Notes: generated by a model from the letters alone, not told the origin. A DNA stretch of 64,000 nt from Candidatus Pacearchaeota archaeon (GCA_017609205.1 JAFCEL010000001.1:86183-150182); one strand, 5' to 3'. Positions 46,733 through 56,337 are shown, counted from the first letter of the stretch. Translations and numbers: made by a program.

Positions 46733-47002
46733 ATGAGATATGAATTAAGAGTTTCACATAAGAAAGGAATAACTTATGATACTACTAATTTAGTGAAGCA
46801 TATAGAAAAATCTGTACCTGGTGTTAAATCAGGAGATATTGAATTCAAGGTGATATATCCAATTATGGGATTTGAGGACGGACCAAGAAAGGCAACTAAA
46901 GCTAAATTATCTTTTTTTGGAAATTCTTTTAATCCAGCAGAAATTATGAGTGAAATCTGCGAAAGAGGGTATTACATAGAAGCTTCTAAATTAACCAAAT
47001 GA
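46733..47002 (+). CDS. hypothetical protein
   Basis: 89-aa ORF ending 1 nt before the TrmB paralog. Confidence 0.4.
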   Translation: MRYELRVSHKKGITYDTTNLVKHIEKSVPGVKSGDIEFKVIYPIMGFEDGPRKATKAKLSFFGNSFNPAEIMSEICERGYYIEASKLTK

Positions 47003-47003
47003 A

Positions 47004-47783
47004 ATGTTAATCCATAAAGAATTAATCAATAAGATTAAAGATTATTTTGATTTGAATTTATATGAGACGAAAGTCTGGTTAGCTCTGCTTGGAAAAGGCA
47101 TGGCATCTGCTGGTGAAATTGCAGAAATATCAGGAGTCCCTCGCTCAAGAACATATGATGTGCTTGAGAGTTTAGAGAAAAAAGGATTTGCAATCGTTAG
47201 ATTAGGAAAGCCTGTAAGATATATTGGTATAAAACCAAAGATAGTCTTAGAGAAATTAAAAAACAATATAAAAAAAGATGCAGAAAACAAAATTAAAGAC
47301 TTATCGAATATAAAAGAAAAAAATGAATTTATTGAACTTGAAAAATTATACAAGGGAGGGATTTCTCCTGTGAAAAGAGAAGATCTTTCTGCTTCATTAA
47401 AAGGAAAATCGAATATTACCTCTTATCTTAGAGATATTTTGCAAAATGCAAATAAAGAGGTTATAATATGCACAAATGCTGAAGAAATAAAATCAAAATT
47501 TAAGCTATTCGAACAAACATTTAATCTCCTCAGTAAATCAGGTATAAAAATAAGAATCGCTCTATATGGTGATGAAAAAGCAATAAAGGAATTATCAAAG
47601 AAATTTAAAATCAAGATAAAAAAAATAGATATTGATACAAAATTCTTCATAATTGACAGAAAAGAAATTCTGTTTTATCTCTCAAAAAGTTCAACTAACG
47701 ACGATACTGCAATCTGGCTTAATTCTGAGTTCTTTATTCAAGCATTTATATCTATGTTTGAAAGAGCGTTTAAGAATAAATAA
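47004..47783 (+). CDS. TrmB-family transcriptional regulator (second copy)
   Basis: LYETKVWLALLGKGMASAGEIAEISGVPRSRTYDVLESLEKKGFAI. Confidence 0.8.
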   Translation: MLIHKELINKIKDYFDLNLYETKVWLALLGKGMASAGEIAEISGVPRSRTYDVLESLEKKGFAIVRLGKPVRYIGIKPKIVLEKLKNNIKKDAENKIKDLSNIKEKNEFIELEKLYKGGISPVKREDLSASLKGKSNITSYLRDILQNANKEVIICTNAEEIKSKFKLFEQTFNLLSKSGIKIRIALYGDEKAIKELSKKFKIKIKKIDIDTKFFIIDRKEILFYLSKSSTNDDTAIWLNSEFFIQAFISMFERAFKNK

Positions 47784-47785
47784 AA

Positions 47786-49069
47786 TTATTTAATAATAAT
47801 CTTAGAAATACCCATGTCATTAATCTTCTTTTTATTATCCTGTTTCCAGAGATTAAGAAATTTTCTGATTGTAAAATTAATTTTTTCTCGTGCATGAATT
47901 CTTCCTCCTCTAATAAAAGTATTCCTATGTTTATGTCTGAATAAATTGAGGTTAATCTTATCTTCTATAAAAGGTCCGACATAAACAATTTCTTTCTTTG
48001 CTTTAATAACAAAAATATATCTCGCAGACTTCTTTTTAGAATACTCAAAATATTTTTCTTTTATTTCAAAATATTTTTCAATTTCTTTTGCTAAATGTCT
48101 ATAGAATTTAAATAATTTGCTTCCTGCAACATCTCCTTCTTGCAATTTTGTTTTAACCTCAAGAATTATTATCTCGTAGTTATTTTTTTTGTTCTCTGAG
48201 TAAATCTTCTCAAGATCGATTTTTTCTACTTCAAAGGACCTTATTGAAGGATTTTCTAAGAATTTTTTACACTGATCCTTGAACTTCTCAAATGTTTCTT
48301 GAGAAAGGGCAGCCAAAACATTCCTTTGTTTATAAGTTGGATCGATTAAGATTATAGGGGATTGGAGTTTAGAACTATTCAAATCAAGCAAGATATTCTT
48401 CTTATTCTTGTGTTGCTTTTCAATATCAATGATTATTTTCTCACCCTTCCTAGAAGTTGCAATTGCCTTAATGAATTTTAAAAAACTCTTATAGTAACAG
48501 ATTAATAATTCCAGCCCATAGCCAGAAAAACCCCTTATATAGGATTCTGCTCCATAGCAGTTTTTTGCGTAACAGAATGCTTTCGCAAGCATAACTTCGT
48601 TTAAAATTTTCTCATTTTTTATCTTTTTATTTATGTATTTAACATGAGAATATGACAAATCAGTTATATTTTCTGCTTGTTCTGATTTTGTTATTTTTTT
48701 TACAGGAACAATCTCAAAGAATAATAAAGGAGAAACATTAACTTGGAAATAATCCCTTGACCCATGGACTTTTATAAAATTCCCAACGCCTTTCAGAATC
48801 TCTTCAGTCATCCCAGAGATTTCTTTGTTATTGTATTTTTTATCAAATCTAAGAAAGATATCAATATCATATCTGTCTTTCTTTATCATAGTTTTCTTAG
48901 AATAACTTCCCCCAACAAATATCTCTGCTTTTATATCGAGTGATTTGATCCTTATCTTAACTTTTTTCAAGAACTCTTTCAAATTCTTATCAATGAATTC
49001 CAAATCTTCTTTTGGAGGCCTAACCTTCTTTAAGGCTTCTTTTAGAATAGATTCTCTTTTTTTATCCAT
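47786..49069 (-). CDS. cca: CCA-adding enzyme (archaeal class I tRNA nucleotidyltransferase)
   Basis: VGGSYSKKTMIKKDRYDIDIFLRF NTase motif after an N-terminal VRPPKEDLE helix. Consistent with the tRNA lacking an encoded CCA. Confidence 0.75.
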   Translation of the reverse strand: MDKKRESILKEALKKVRPPKEDLEFIDKNLKEFLKKVKIRIKSLDIKAEIFVGGSYSKKTMIKKDRYDIDIFLRFDKKYNNKEISGMTEEILKGVGNFIKVHGSRDYFQVNVSPLLFFEIVPVKKITKSEQAENITDLSYSHVKYINKKIKNEKILNEVMLAKAFCYAKNCYGAESYIRGFSGYGLELLICYYKSFLKFIKAIATSRKGEKIIIDIEKQHKNKKNILLDLNSSKLQSPIILIDPTYKQRNVLAALSQETFEKFKDQCKKFLENPSIRSFEVEKIDLEKIYSENKKNNYEIIILEVKTKLQEGDVAGSKLFKFYRHLAKEIEKYFEIKEKYFEYSKKKSARYIFVIKAKKEIVYVGPFIEDKINLNLFRHKHRNTFIRGGRIHAREKINFTIRKFLNLWKQDNKKKINDMGISKIIIK

Positions 49070-49131
49070 AAAATATATATCAAAAAGGCTTTTTATATTT
49101 TTAACAATAGTTGAGAAAATTTATTTGGGGT

Positions 49132-49548
49132 CTAGTCTTTTTTCTGAGGATCTCTAATTTCCTTTATATCATTAATATTTCTTTTCAGTGTCGACGCTAA
49201 ATCAATAATATACTTTCCTTCTTCCATCTTGTATATTAATGGCCTATCTTTTCTAAATAAATTTACCAAGTCAATCTCAAATTTTCCTGAACCAATCGCT
49301 CTGACTGACTCCAAATCAAGAATAACAGGTGCTTCCTGATCTGTAATCCCTGCAATCTCCCTTACATCTCTTTCAATTTTTATCTTTTCTTTTTCAGGAA
49401 TTTCAATAATCGGTTCTTCTTTTATTCTCTCTAATTGCTCATCCCTAATATAAAAAAAGAATTTTCCTCCGCATTCTCCACATCCTTCTAAAAGCTCCCT
49501 ACTTCCTAAAGGGATAATTTTTTTGCAATGAACACACTGGTGTGGCAT
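49132..49548 (-). CDS. Zn-ribbon protein (archaeal DUF2072-like)
   Basis: CVHCKK...CGECGG ribbon at the N-terminus. Recognised from memory of the conserved GTPase neighbourhood; unverified. Confidence 0.5.
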   Translation of the reverse strand: MPHQCVHCKKIIPLGSRELLEGCGECGGKFFFYIRDEQLERIKEEPIIEIPEKEKIKIERDVREIAGITDQEAPVILDLESVRAIGSGKFEIDLVNLFRKDRPLIYKMEEGKYIIDLASTLKRNINDIKEIRDPQKKD

Positions 49549-49577
49549 AGAAAGAGAATTTCCTAAAGTTAATAAAT

Positions 49578-49916
49578 TTATCTGTGTTTTTGACGATAAT
49601 AACTTTCCAAACTATTCCAAATATTTTCTTCTATCCTTTGATTATCTCTATCACAAAAAGGGTCATCACAGCACGCGAGCTCTTCTAAACAACTAATACA
49701 ATAATGATAATTTGATTGTTCTTCCTTAAATTTATAACCACAATTAGAACAAAAGTTTCCTTCCTCATATCTCAAAACTTTAGCATTAAATCCGAACAAA
49801 GGTCTTAATCTTTCTAAATTCATAGAGACAAAAGCTTCAAGAATTTCTTCATTAGGAATTAAAGAGATAATACCTTCTATCTGTTTTTGATTCTTAAATA
49901 TATTAAGTAATTCCAT
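49578..49916 (-). CDS. Cys-rich zinc-finger protein
   Basis: CSNCGYKF...YHYCISCLEELACCDDPFC. Confidence 0.45.
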   Translation of the reverse strand: MELLNIFKNQKQIEGIISLIPNEEILEAFVSMNLERLRPLFGFNAKVLRYEEGNFCSNCGYKFKEEQSNYHYCISCLEELACCDDPFCDRDNQRIEENIWNSLESYYRQKHR

Positions 49917-49939
49917 TTTAATAAATCAAGAAGGTCCTA

Positions 49940-50347
49940 CTATTTATTCAACATTAATTCTATTTTTTTAGGATTTCTCTTAATCTCTTTAACTACTGTT
50001 GCTGGCCCTATTATGGTTATCGCACTTAGATCCCCTCCAGAAAGAATATTTACAAATTTTCTTCTGAACTTTGAAAAGAGTTTATCATCTCCATTTCCAG
50101 CAATAACTGCGAGTTCGATTCCCTTAAAACCTTTTACATGCCCAATCATAGCCATTGTATCTCCTATTAGCCTAGTTTCTTCTTCGGGCAACAATCTTCC
50201 TTGTAACAATAAAATATTATTCCCTAAAACAATCCCCAAGATTTTCCTTATTCTTTCATCGCTGTTTAAAATCCTTATCTCAGAATAAGGCATAAATTGA
50301 ATTGAAAAACCTTTTATTCTTCCTAAACTCTTTCTCTTTTTCTTCAT
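49940..50347 (-). CDS. conserved archaeal protein (DUF2073-like)
   Basis: ILLLQGRLLPEEETRLIGDTMAMI...FKGIEL pattern. Family recalled from memory; unverified. Confidence 0.5.
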   Translation of the reverse strand: MKKKRKSLGRIKGFSIQFMPYSEIRILNSDERIRKILGIVLGNNILLLQGRLLPEEETRLIGDTMAMIGHVKGFKGIELAVIAGNGDDKLFSKFRRKFVNILSGGDLSAITIIGPATVVKEIKRNPKKIELMLNK

Positions 50348-50390
50348 TTTATATTCTATTATATATTTTGGAAAATATACTTTTAAAATC

Positions 50391-51035
50391 TTACTTTATT
50401 TTCTTTGAAAGTTTAAAAATGGACTCATAAAATTCTTCAAGGTTTTTACCATATTTTGCACTTATTCCAATGACCTCGTATTCAGGGAATGCAGATTCTA
50501 TTTTCTTAATATTCGCTTTTTTTAAGTCTATTTTATTTGCAACTATCAAAACAGGAATCTTTCTTGCAATAAGATTTCCAATTATAGTAATATTTACCTG
50601 ATTATAAGGATTCTCGCATGCATCTAACACAACCACAACAATATTCATATCATCAAGCCATTTTATGCTCTCAACAACGCCTTGTGTTGCTTCTTTTGCT
50701 CTTGCTTTTGCATCACGTTTTTTCATTTTAAATTTTAGAAACTCTTCATAGTCAATTTTAGTTGCTATCCCAGGAGTATCAATCATTTTGAACACTAGTT
50801 TTTTTCCTTTATATTCGATTTCAACTTTCTCTTTAAACTGAACATTTCTCGTCTCGTGAGGTATCTTACTCACACTTCCAATTTCTTCCCCTGTGAAATC
50901 CTTACAGATTCGATTAGCAAGACTTGTTTTTCCTGCGTTTGGAGGTCCATAAAAACCCAATTTTATCTCTTTCTTATTTCTGAAGATATTCAGAAAAATT
51001 CTTTTGAAAAAATTCTTTACAATTCTTATTGCCAT
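50391..51035 (-). CDS. small GTP-binding protein
   Basis: G1 GPPNAGKTS, G3 DTPG and G4 NKID. Confidence 0.8.
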   Translation of the reverse strand: MAIRIVKNFFKRIFLNIFRNKKEIKLGFYGPPNAGKTSLANRICKDFTGEEIGSVSKIPHETRNVQFKEKVEIEYKGKKLVFKMIDTPGIATKIDYEEFLKFKMKKRDAKARAKEATQGVVESIKWLDDMNIVVVVLDACENPYNQVNITIIGNLIARKIPVLIVANKIDLKKANIKKIESAFPEYEVIGISAKYGKNLEEFYESIFKLSKKIK

Positions 51036-51059
51036 AAATTATCTTAAAATCAATCTTTA

Positions 51060-53720
51060 TTAAATTTTTCGTGCTGGAGTTACTCTTTTTATAGAAGGGT
51101 TCTTCTGAGAAACCTTATTTACATCCTTCTTTGGAACCAAATTCTTTACTTTATCAACGAACTTCATTACAGGTATCTCAACCATCCCTGTCCTTTTTCC
51201 GAGATATTTTTTGATAACATAATCAATTTGTTCTGACCTCCATCCTTGTTCTTTTAACTTGGCTTTTATTTTCTCATCACTTTCTCCTCTCTCTTTTGCA
51301 TTTTTAATATAAACAATAAGATTATACAAATCGTTTCTTTCTCTGAAGAGATAGTTTTCATATTTTCTCTTATACCACTCTTGTAAGAAAATATATGTCC
51401 CAAATCCTAGTAATAAAATAATCATTATAATCGCTACCAACCACCCCCATTTCATATTTTCTAATACCCTTGAAGGAGGCCTGAGAAGTTCTAATCTTTC
51501 AATCCCAGGAGATATAAAAACAGGGAGTTCAAAAAAATCAACATCCTCTGTAGTAGAAAATTCAATTATTTTCTCAGGAGAATTCATATCAATAACAAAA
51601 TATCCAGAACTTTCAGTTTCAAGATAGTTTTCTTTAAACATTAAATTTTCCATTTTTTTTATTATAATATAAGGGTCAGCATCCATTCCTTCTTTTGCTT
51701 TTAGGCTCAATTTGAATAAATTTACAATATCCTCCTGCATCCCACCATCATAAACTCCAGAGAGTTTTTCAGAACTTAATCTAACCTCAACATTTTTTTG
51801 TTCCCACATAAGAACAGCTTTTAGATAATCATCTTTTTCTTCAATAGGATAATTCCCATTACTTAAATTTCCCAATACCTCAAGATTGATATTCTCCTCC
51901 AAAGGGTAGAAGAGAAGGTTTTCTGTTTTTTTACTTGTAATAATTCTAGAGGGTATCTTTAAATCCAAAATTCTTTCAACAATCTGATTATACTCTTCTT
52001 CTGTGCTTGCAGAGGCATAATCTCTCTGAATTTGTTTGAATTCTTCAGTAACTTTATCAAGATTAATAACAGACTTTATTGCTTGTTGGTAAAAAACGTC
52101 TTTTGAGTTGATTTGCTCTTCGAGATTGGACAGGTCTTGTTGCATTTGCTCAATCTTTTCCTTTAGAAGTTCCTTTGGTGAAACTACAACAACATCAAAT
52201 TCTCTTGAAGAAATTCTTCCCAAAGTATCTTCAATAGTCACTCTCAAAATAAAAGTTCCTGTATCAGAATAAGTATGAGAGACTTTATTCGTTTGTGTTG
52301 TTTCAGTACTGTTATCTCCGAAGTCCCATTTATAACTTCTTATTTCAACATCAGAATCAAGAAGGATTCTAAAAGAAGTGGGAAACGCCGAAGCTGTTTT
52401 TGTAGGAATTAAATATTTTGGCTGAGGAATATCTTCTACAAAAATGTTCTCAGATAAAACATTCTCCCCATTTAATTTAAGGTCGAAAGTGTAATTACCA
52501 TATTCTGAAGGAGTCTTAAATCCAGCATAATCAAGGCGTATTTTTTGACTATCTGCTGTAACTTTTGCAGGAGATTCCTCTAATTCATAAAACTTATCCT
52601 CAACTATGTTCCCAAGAGAGGTTTCGTATTTAAGTTTGAGAGACTTAAGAATTATTCTTTGCTGTTCTCCTGATAAAATCTTAAATGGAATAATGCAACC
52701 TCCAGAGCAATTAAGCCCCTCATACCTGCTTGTTAAATAATCATTCATTTCTCCAGAGAGAGTGTTTCCATAAGAAATTGAGTTTGTTATATTCAAAATA
52801 CCGACGCTGTCAAATTTTCTCCCTTCAGCAAATATTCTAAAAGAAGCATCTTCATCCTGGATTCCCTCACCATAAAAACCACAACCATTTGCATCAGAGT
52901 AACCTTTTATCTTGGATGTCCCCTCTTCCTCAGAATAGACACAAACATAATACTCTTCTTTTTCCAAAAGAGGATGCTCAATCTCACAAGAGTATTCTTT
53001 TGCTGTTGTTAGATTTGTTATTTCACACACGCCACCTTCAACTGGCTCTCCGTCGGGCTTATAGAGAGCAATTTTTATACTCCGTGAATCCCCTTCTGGG
53101 TTTATCCATGCTCCCAGATTAAATCCTGCTGATGCAGACAGATTAATTCTTTGACAATGTTTATTTGGAAGTCTTCCTATAATATACTCATTTGAAGTAA
53201 TATTCTCATCAAAACATCCATAATCTCTCATAGAATCGCATGCCTCTAGAGAAGACTTTGAATTACCTGTTTCAATTGTTCCATCTAATCCAAAATCTAT
53301 TCTTATTTGATTATAACAGGATTTTCCTGCGTCACTTTCAACCACAAAATCAATAGAGTTAATAGCAATTATGTCTCCCTCTAATAAAAAACCAAAGATT
53401 TTCTCAGAGTCAATACCTATATCAAAACTTTTTTCAGTTTCTCCATTTAAAGGAGAATAATCAGAACTGCAATTTTTTATATTGCACGAATACTGAAGAT
53501 TTTTATTAGATTCTAAAAGATTAATCAAAGTTACTTTATTTCCAAAAGAATCAGAAAACAAAGAATTCGCTGGCTCTTTTTGAAAACTTAGATTAACCCA
53601 GCCCTTTATATTTCCTGAAGGCTTATAGTATTTATCAATTGAATAATCTCCAATCTTATAATCTGCACAAACAAAATTTACTAAGACGATGAATAGTAAA
53701 AAAATAACCTCTCTTTTCAT
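51060..53720 (-). CDS. large secreted PKD-domain protein with a C-terminal TM helix and cytoplasmic tail
   Basis: Signal peptide. YKWDFGDNSTE...HTYSDTGTFILRVTIEDTLG. A TM helix near the C-terminus is followed by a basic tail. Confidence 0.75.
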   Translation of the reverse strand: MKREVIFLLFIVLVNFVCADYKIGDYSIDKYYKPSGNIKGWVNLSFQKEPANSLFSDSFGNKVTLINLLESNKNLQYSCNIKNCSSDYSPLNGETEKSFDIGIDSEKIFGFLLEGDIIAINSIDFVVESDAGKSCYNQIRIDFGLDGTIETGNSKSSLEACDSMRDYGCFDENITSNEYIIGRLPNKHCQRINLSASAGFNLGAWINPEGDSRSIKIALYKPDGEPVEGGVCEITNLTTAKEYSCEIEHPLLEKEEYYVCVYSEEEGTSKIKGYSDANGCGFYGEGIQDEDASFRIFAEGRKFDSVGILNITNSISYGNTLSGEMNDYLTSRYEGLNCSGGCIIPFKILSGEQQRIILKSLKLKYETSLGNIVEDKFYELEESPAKVTADSQKIRLDYAGFKTPSEYGNYTFDLKLNGENVLSENIFVEDIPQPKYLIPTKTASAFPTSFRILLDSDVEIRSYKWDFGDNSTETTQTNKVSHTYSDTGTFILRVTIEDTLGRISSREFDVVVVSPKELLKEKIEQMQQDLSNLEEQINSKDVFYQQAIKSVINLDKVTEEFKQIQRDYASASTEEEYNQIVERILDLKIPSRIITSKKTENLLFYPLEENINLEVLGNLSNGNYPIEEKDDYLKAVLMWEQKNVEVRLSSEKLSGVYDGGMQEDIVNLFKLSLKAKEGMDADPYIIIKKMENLMFKENYLETESSGYFVIDMNSPEKIIEFSTTEDVDFFELPVFISPGIERLELLRPPSRVLENMKWGWLVAIIMIILLLGFGTYIFLQEWYKRKYENYLFRERNDLYNLIVYIKNAKERGESDEKIKAKLKEQGWRSEQIDYVIKKYLGKRTGMVEIPVMKFVDKVKNLVPKKDVNKVSQKNPSIKRVTPARKI

Positions 53721-53755
53721 CTCTAAAAATAGTAATTCTCTTTTATAAAATTATC

Positions 53756-55171
53756 TCATCTTTTTGTTTTAGATTTCTTTTTCTTAGACAAAAGATAATA
53801 AATAATTACAATAATCCCCAAGGCTATTAAAATACTAATAATAGAAAACAAAGGAAGTAATGCTGCAACAGGACAAGGAATCCTATTAGTCCCTTCTTGC
53901 TCACATGCTCCGAAATTATCATTAGGATCATAATGCCAATTCCCAGAACCATTAGGCTCTTCAATCCATCCTGGCTCTCCTTGTTTTTCACTTCCGAAAA
54001 TATTTCCAGAATCCCATGTGTAAATGCCCAACCAGGAATACTCTAAAAACCCATCTTCACAATCATCAGTAGTATTCTCCTTATAAAAACAACTTCCAAT
54101 TACAACAGGATTTTCATCACTACAATTTAAATTATCTGTTTTAGATGGTCCACAATAACCATCAACCCACTCACACGAGCAAGTATACCATATCTGGCAA
54201 TTTCCATCAGTAAAAACTTCTCCGCAAGAATCTCCTCCATCATTGTTTTCAATACTTATGCTCGCAACACTGCAGATATCTGCTTCACAATCTTCTTCTG
54301 AAGTGTAATCTCTACATATTCCAATTGAACTACAAAAACTATCTCGATTTATTAAATTGAACTGAATATTATTGCTTGAAAAATCCAAAACATTAAAATA
54401 AAAATTATCAAGTTCTCCTTCTAAAGGGCTCTCTAATGCTTTATCTATATCCTCTTGAGTTACAGTCCATAAGGCTTTTGCATTTCCTTCTGAATCAACA
54501 GTTGCATTAATAGTCCTCAGATATCCATAACCCATAAGATCTTCTTCATAGATATCAAAACCAACTATTGTCCCTTCAGACAATCCAGAATTCTTTAAAA
54601 CCATCATTAATTGAGTAGAACCAACAACAACATCATAAGTTCCATCTATCATACCCTCATCACTATCTGCCCAATAAGCAATTGCTTCATCTACACATTG
54701 TCCGTCTATAAATTCTTGTGCTGTACCGCATACCCCTTCACAACATATTTTCACAGGATAATCTCCTGCTTCTCCAATATGGGCATCTGTTAGATTTGTC
54801 AAAGACAAGACTTCTAATTCTGTAGGATTACAAGAATCTCTGTTTGTACAAACCAGATTCTCATAACAAATAGGATTATCATAGTTATTATAATCAGGGA
54901 TTTCAGCGTGAGAATTTGTTCTATTCTCAAGTTTTATTATCACATTCCCTAATGAACAGTCAGTACTTCCTGTTCCAAAATTACAGCACAAAACATAATC
55001 ATAATTCCCTTCACTAAGAAGCTCTCCATGTGCATTTGTCGGCGCAGATAATCCCATAATTTCATTATAAGCACAAGAGACTTTTGGAACAATTGTACAA
55101 TTTTCAGCAGAAATATTCGCAAGTAGCAAGATTGTTAAATAAATAAAAAACATCACCCCTATCTTCTTCAT
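53756..55171 (-). CDS. secreted Cys-rich protein with TNAH-triplet N-domain (paralog of 31178..32299), C-terminally anchored
   Basis: SAPTNAHGEL...YDYVLCCNFG, ENRTNSHAEIP...NPICY and LTNLTDAHIGE...KICC. C-terminal TM helix plus KKKKSKTKR. Confidence 0.75.
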   Translation of the reverse strand: MKKIGVMFFIYLTILLLANISAENCTIVPKVSCAYNEIMGLSAPTNAHGELLSEGNYDYVLCCNFGTGSTDCSLGNVIIKLENRTNSHAEIPDYNNYDNPICYENLVCTNRDSCNPTELEVLSLTNLTDAHIGEAGDYPVKICCEGVCGTAQEFIDGQCVDEAIAYWADSDEGMIDGTYDVVVGSTQLMMVLKNSGLSEGTIVGFDIYEEDLMGYGYLRTINATVDSEGNAKALWTVTQEDIDKALESPLEGELDNFYFNVLDFSSNNIQFNLINRDSFCSSIGICRDYTSEEDCEADICSVASISIENNDGGDSCGEVFTDGNCQIWYTCSCEWVDGYCGPSKTDNLNCSDENPVVIGSCFYKENTTDDCEDGFLEYSWLGIYTWDSGNIFGSEKQGEPGWIEEPNGSGNWHYDPNDNFGACEQEGTNRIPCPVAALLPLFSIISILIALGIIVIIYYLLSKKKKSKTKR

Positions 55172-55252
55172 GTTTGTTTTAAGAAAATATGTTTTATAAA
55201 TTTAATTGTATCTTTGAAGAGAATATATAATTAATCAATAGAGATTAATAAA

Positions 55253-56098
55253 TTATAATTTGCAAAGTACAACACCAGGTCCTCCAGTTATAGGGTCTCT
55301 TAAACAAGCACCACTACTACTTGTGCAAACATAAGAGGAGGGGGTTTCCCAATAACAGCCAACACATAATTGGGCATCTGTTCCAAAATTATCTTGGCAA
55401 CATTGTTGCCCTGTAATTCCAATACAATCCTCCATATATACACATTGGTAATTATATGTACAATCTTGTGTTTTTGAACAAACTCCTCCACAAAAACTAC
55501 AATCAACATTCTCTACAAATGTTCCATCCAAATACTTTCCACAAGTTCTAGTAATTGTTTGAGTTCTTCCAGATTCCAAGTTCTGACAATAACCACACTG
55601 GCTTCTTGTATTATAATTCCAATCAGAATATTGATAAGTGTAAGTATAAACAGGCTGGCAAAAATCCCCATCGTCAATTGCCTGTTGCAATGTTTTTGTG
55701 TCTCCATTAATAGTAATCTCGACTTCATCTGCATAATGTCCTGGGTTTGGTTTTGGATTTGAATAAGAAGTTGTGGGTGTGCTTCCGCATAGATTATTTG
55801 ATGCAATTGCATCTGCTAAAGTCATTTCATTTCCATCAACAGAAACCCAAATCTCATCAGGATTATGTCCAAAACTAACAGAAGTTGTTCCAGAGCTTGT
55901 CGGTGCACTTGCATTTACCCTTAAATAATCTCCTTCAATTGCTTCCTTTAAAGTCATTGTTTTTCCATCGATGTTAACAAGAATATCGCTTGAAGAATGT
56001 TTTTTTCCATAAATCCCTGCGTAAATAATCATTAATGTAAAAACTATGCTAAGAAGAAATGCAGCAACTATTCTCAGTTTTTCTGTCTCTAACTTCAT
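55253..56098 (-). CDS. membrane-anchored surface protein: triple TLxxAI module plus variable Cys-rich C-domain (paralog of 44575..45456)
   Basis: Contains MTLKEAIE, MTLADAIA and KTLQQAIDDGDFC. The C-terminal domain is unrelated to that of its paralog. Confidence 0.7.
   Translation of the reverse strand: MKLETEKLRIVAAFLLSIVFTLMIIYAGIYGKKHSSSDILVNIDGKTMTLKEAIEGDYLRVNASAPTSSGTTSVSFGHNPDEIWVSVDGNEMTLADAIASNNLCGSTPTTSYSNPKPNPGHYADEVEITINGDTKTLQQAIDDGDFCQPVYTYTYQYSDWNYNTRSQCGYCQNLESGRTQTITRTCGKYLDGTFVENVDCSFCGGVCSKTQDCTYNYQCVYMEDCIGITGQQCCQDNFGTDAQLCVGCYWETPSSYVCTSSSGACLRDPITGGPGVVLCKL
55659..55768. repeat. 110-bp near-identical inverted repeat, copy 2
   Basis: Reverse complement of 44908-45017 with one synonymous difference (GGA vs GGG Gly). 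Confidence 0.9.
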
Positions 56099-56128
56099 AG
56101 TTATAACACTTATTTGGGGTTTTTAAAT

Positions 56129-56287
56129 TTAATGCAAAAATATTGCTAAGAATATTCTGAATAAAATAATAAAGATAACAAACAAAATTACATGCATTGG
56201 TTTTAAATTGAATTTGCTCGGATATTCTTCTCCAAACCTCATCAATCCCCCAAATCCTCCGGGAAGATTTACTCCTGTATTTGCCAT
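56129..56287 (-). CDS. preprotein translocase subunit Sec61-beta (52 aa, not in the ORF track)
   Basis: MANTGVNLPGGFGGLMRFGEEYPSKFNLKPMHVILFVIFIILFRIFLAIFLH. Has the GL(M/I)R(F/Y)..E motif followed by a single TM helix. Confidence 0.65.
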   Translation of the reverse strand: MANTGVNLPGGFGGLMRFGEEYPSKFNLKPMHVILFVIFIILFRIFLAIFLH

Positions 56288-56337
56288 ATTCTCAAAAAGA
56301 GCAATAGTTTTTAAAAGTTTCTTGATTGGATTAATCT

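Noticed and set aside
44908-55768. Diversity-generating retroelement (TR/VR pair) as the explanation for the 110-bp repeat
   Set aside because: No reverse transcriptase is present in the window. The repeat covers the conserved part of both proteins, not the variable part. The single difference is a synonymous G/A, not a pattern of adenine-specific substitutions.
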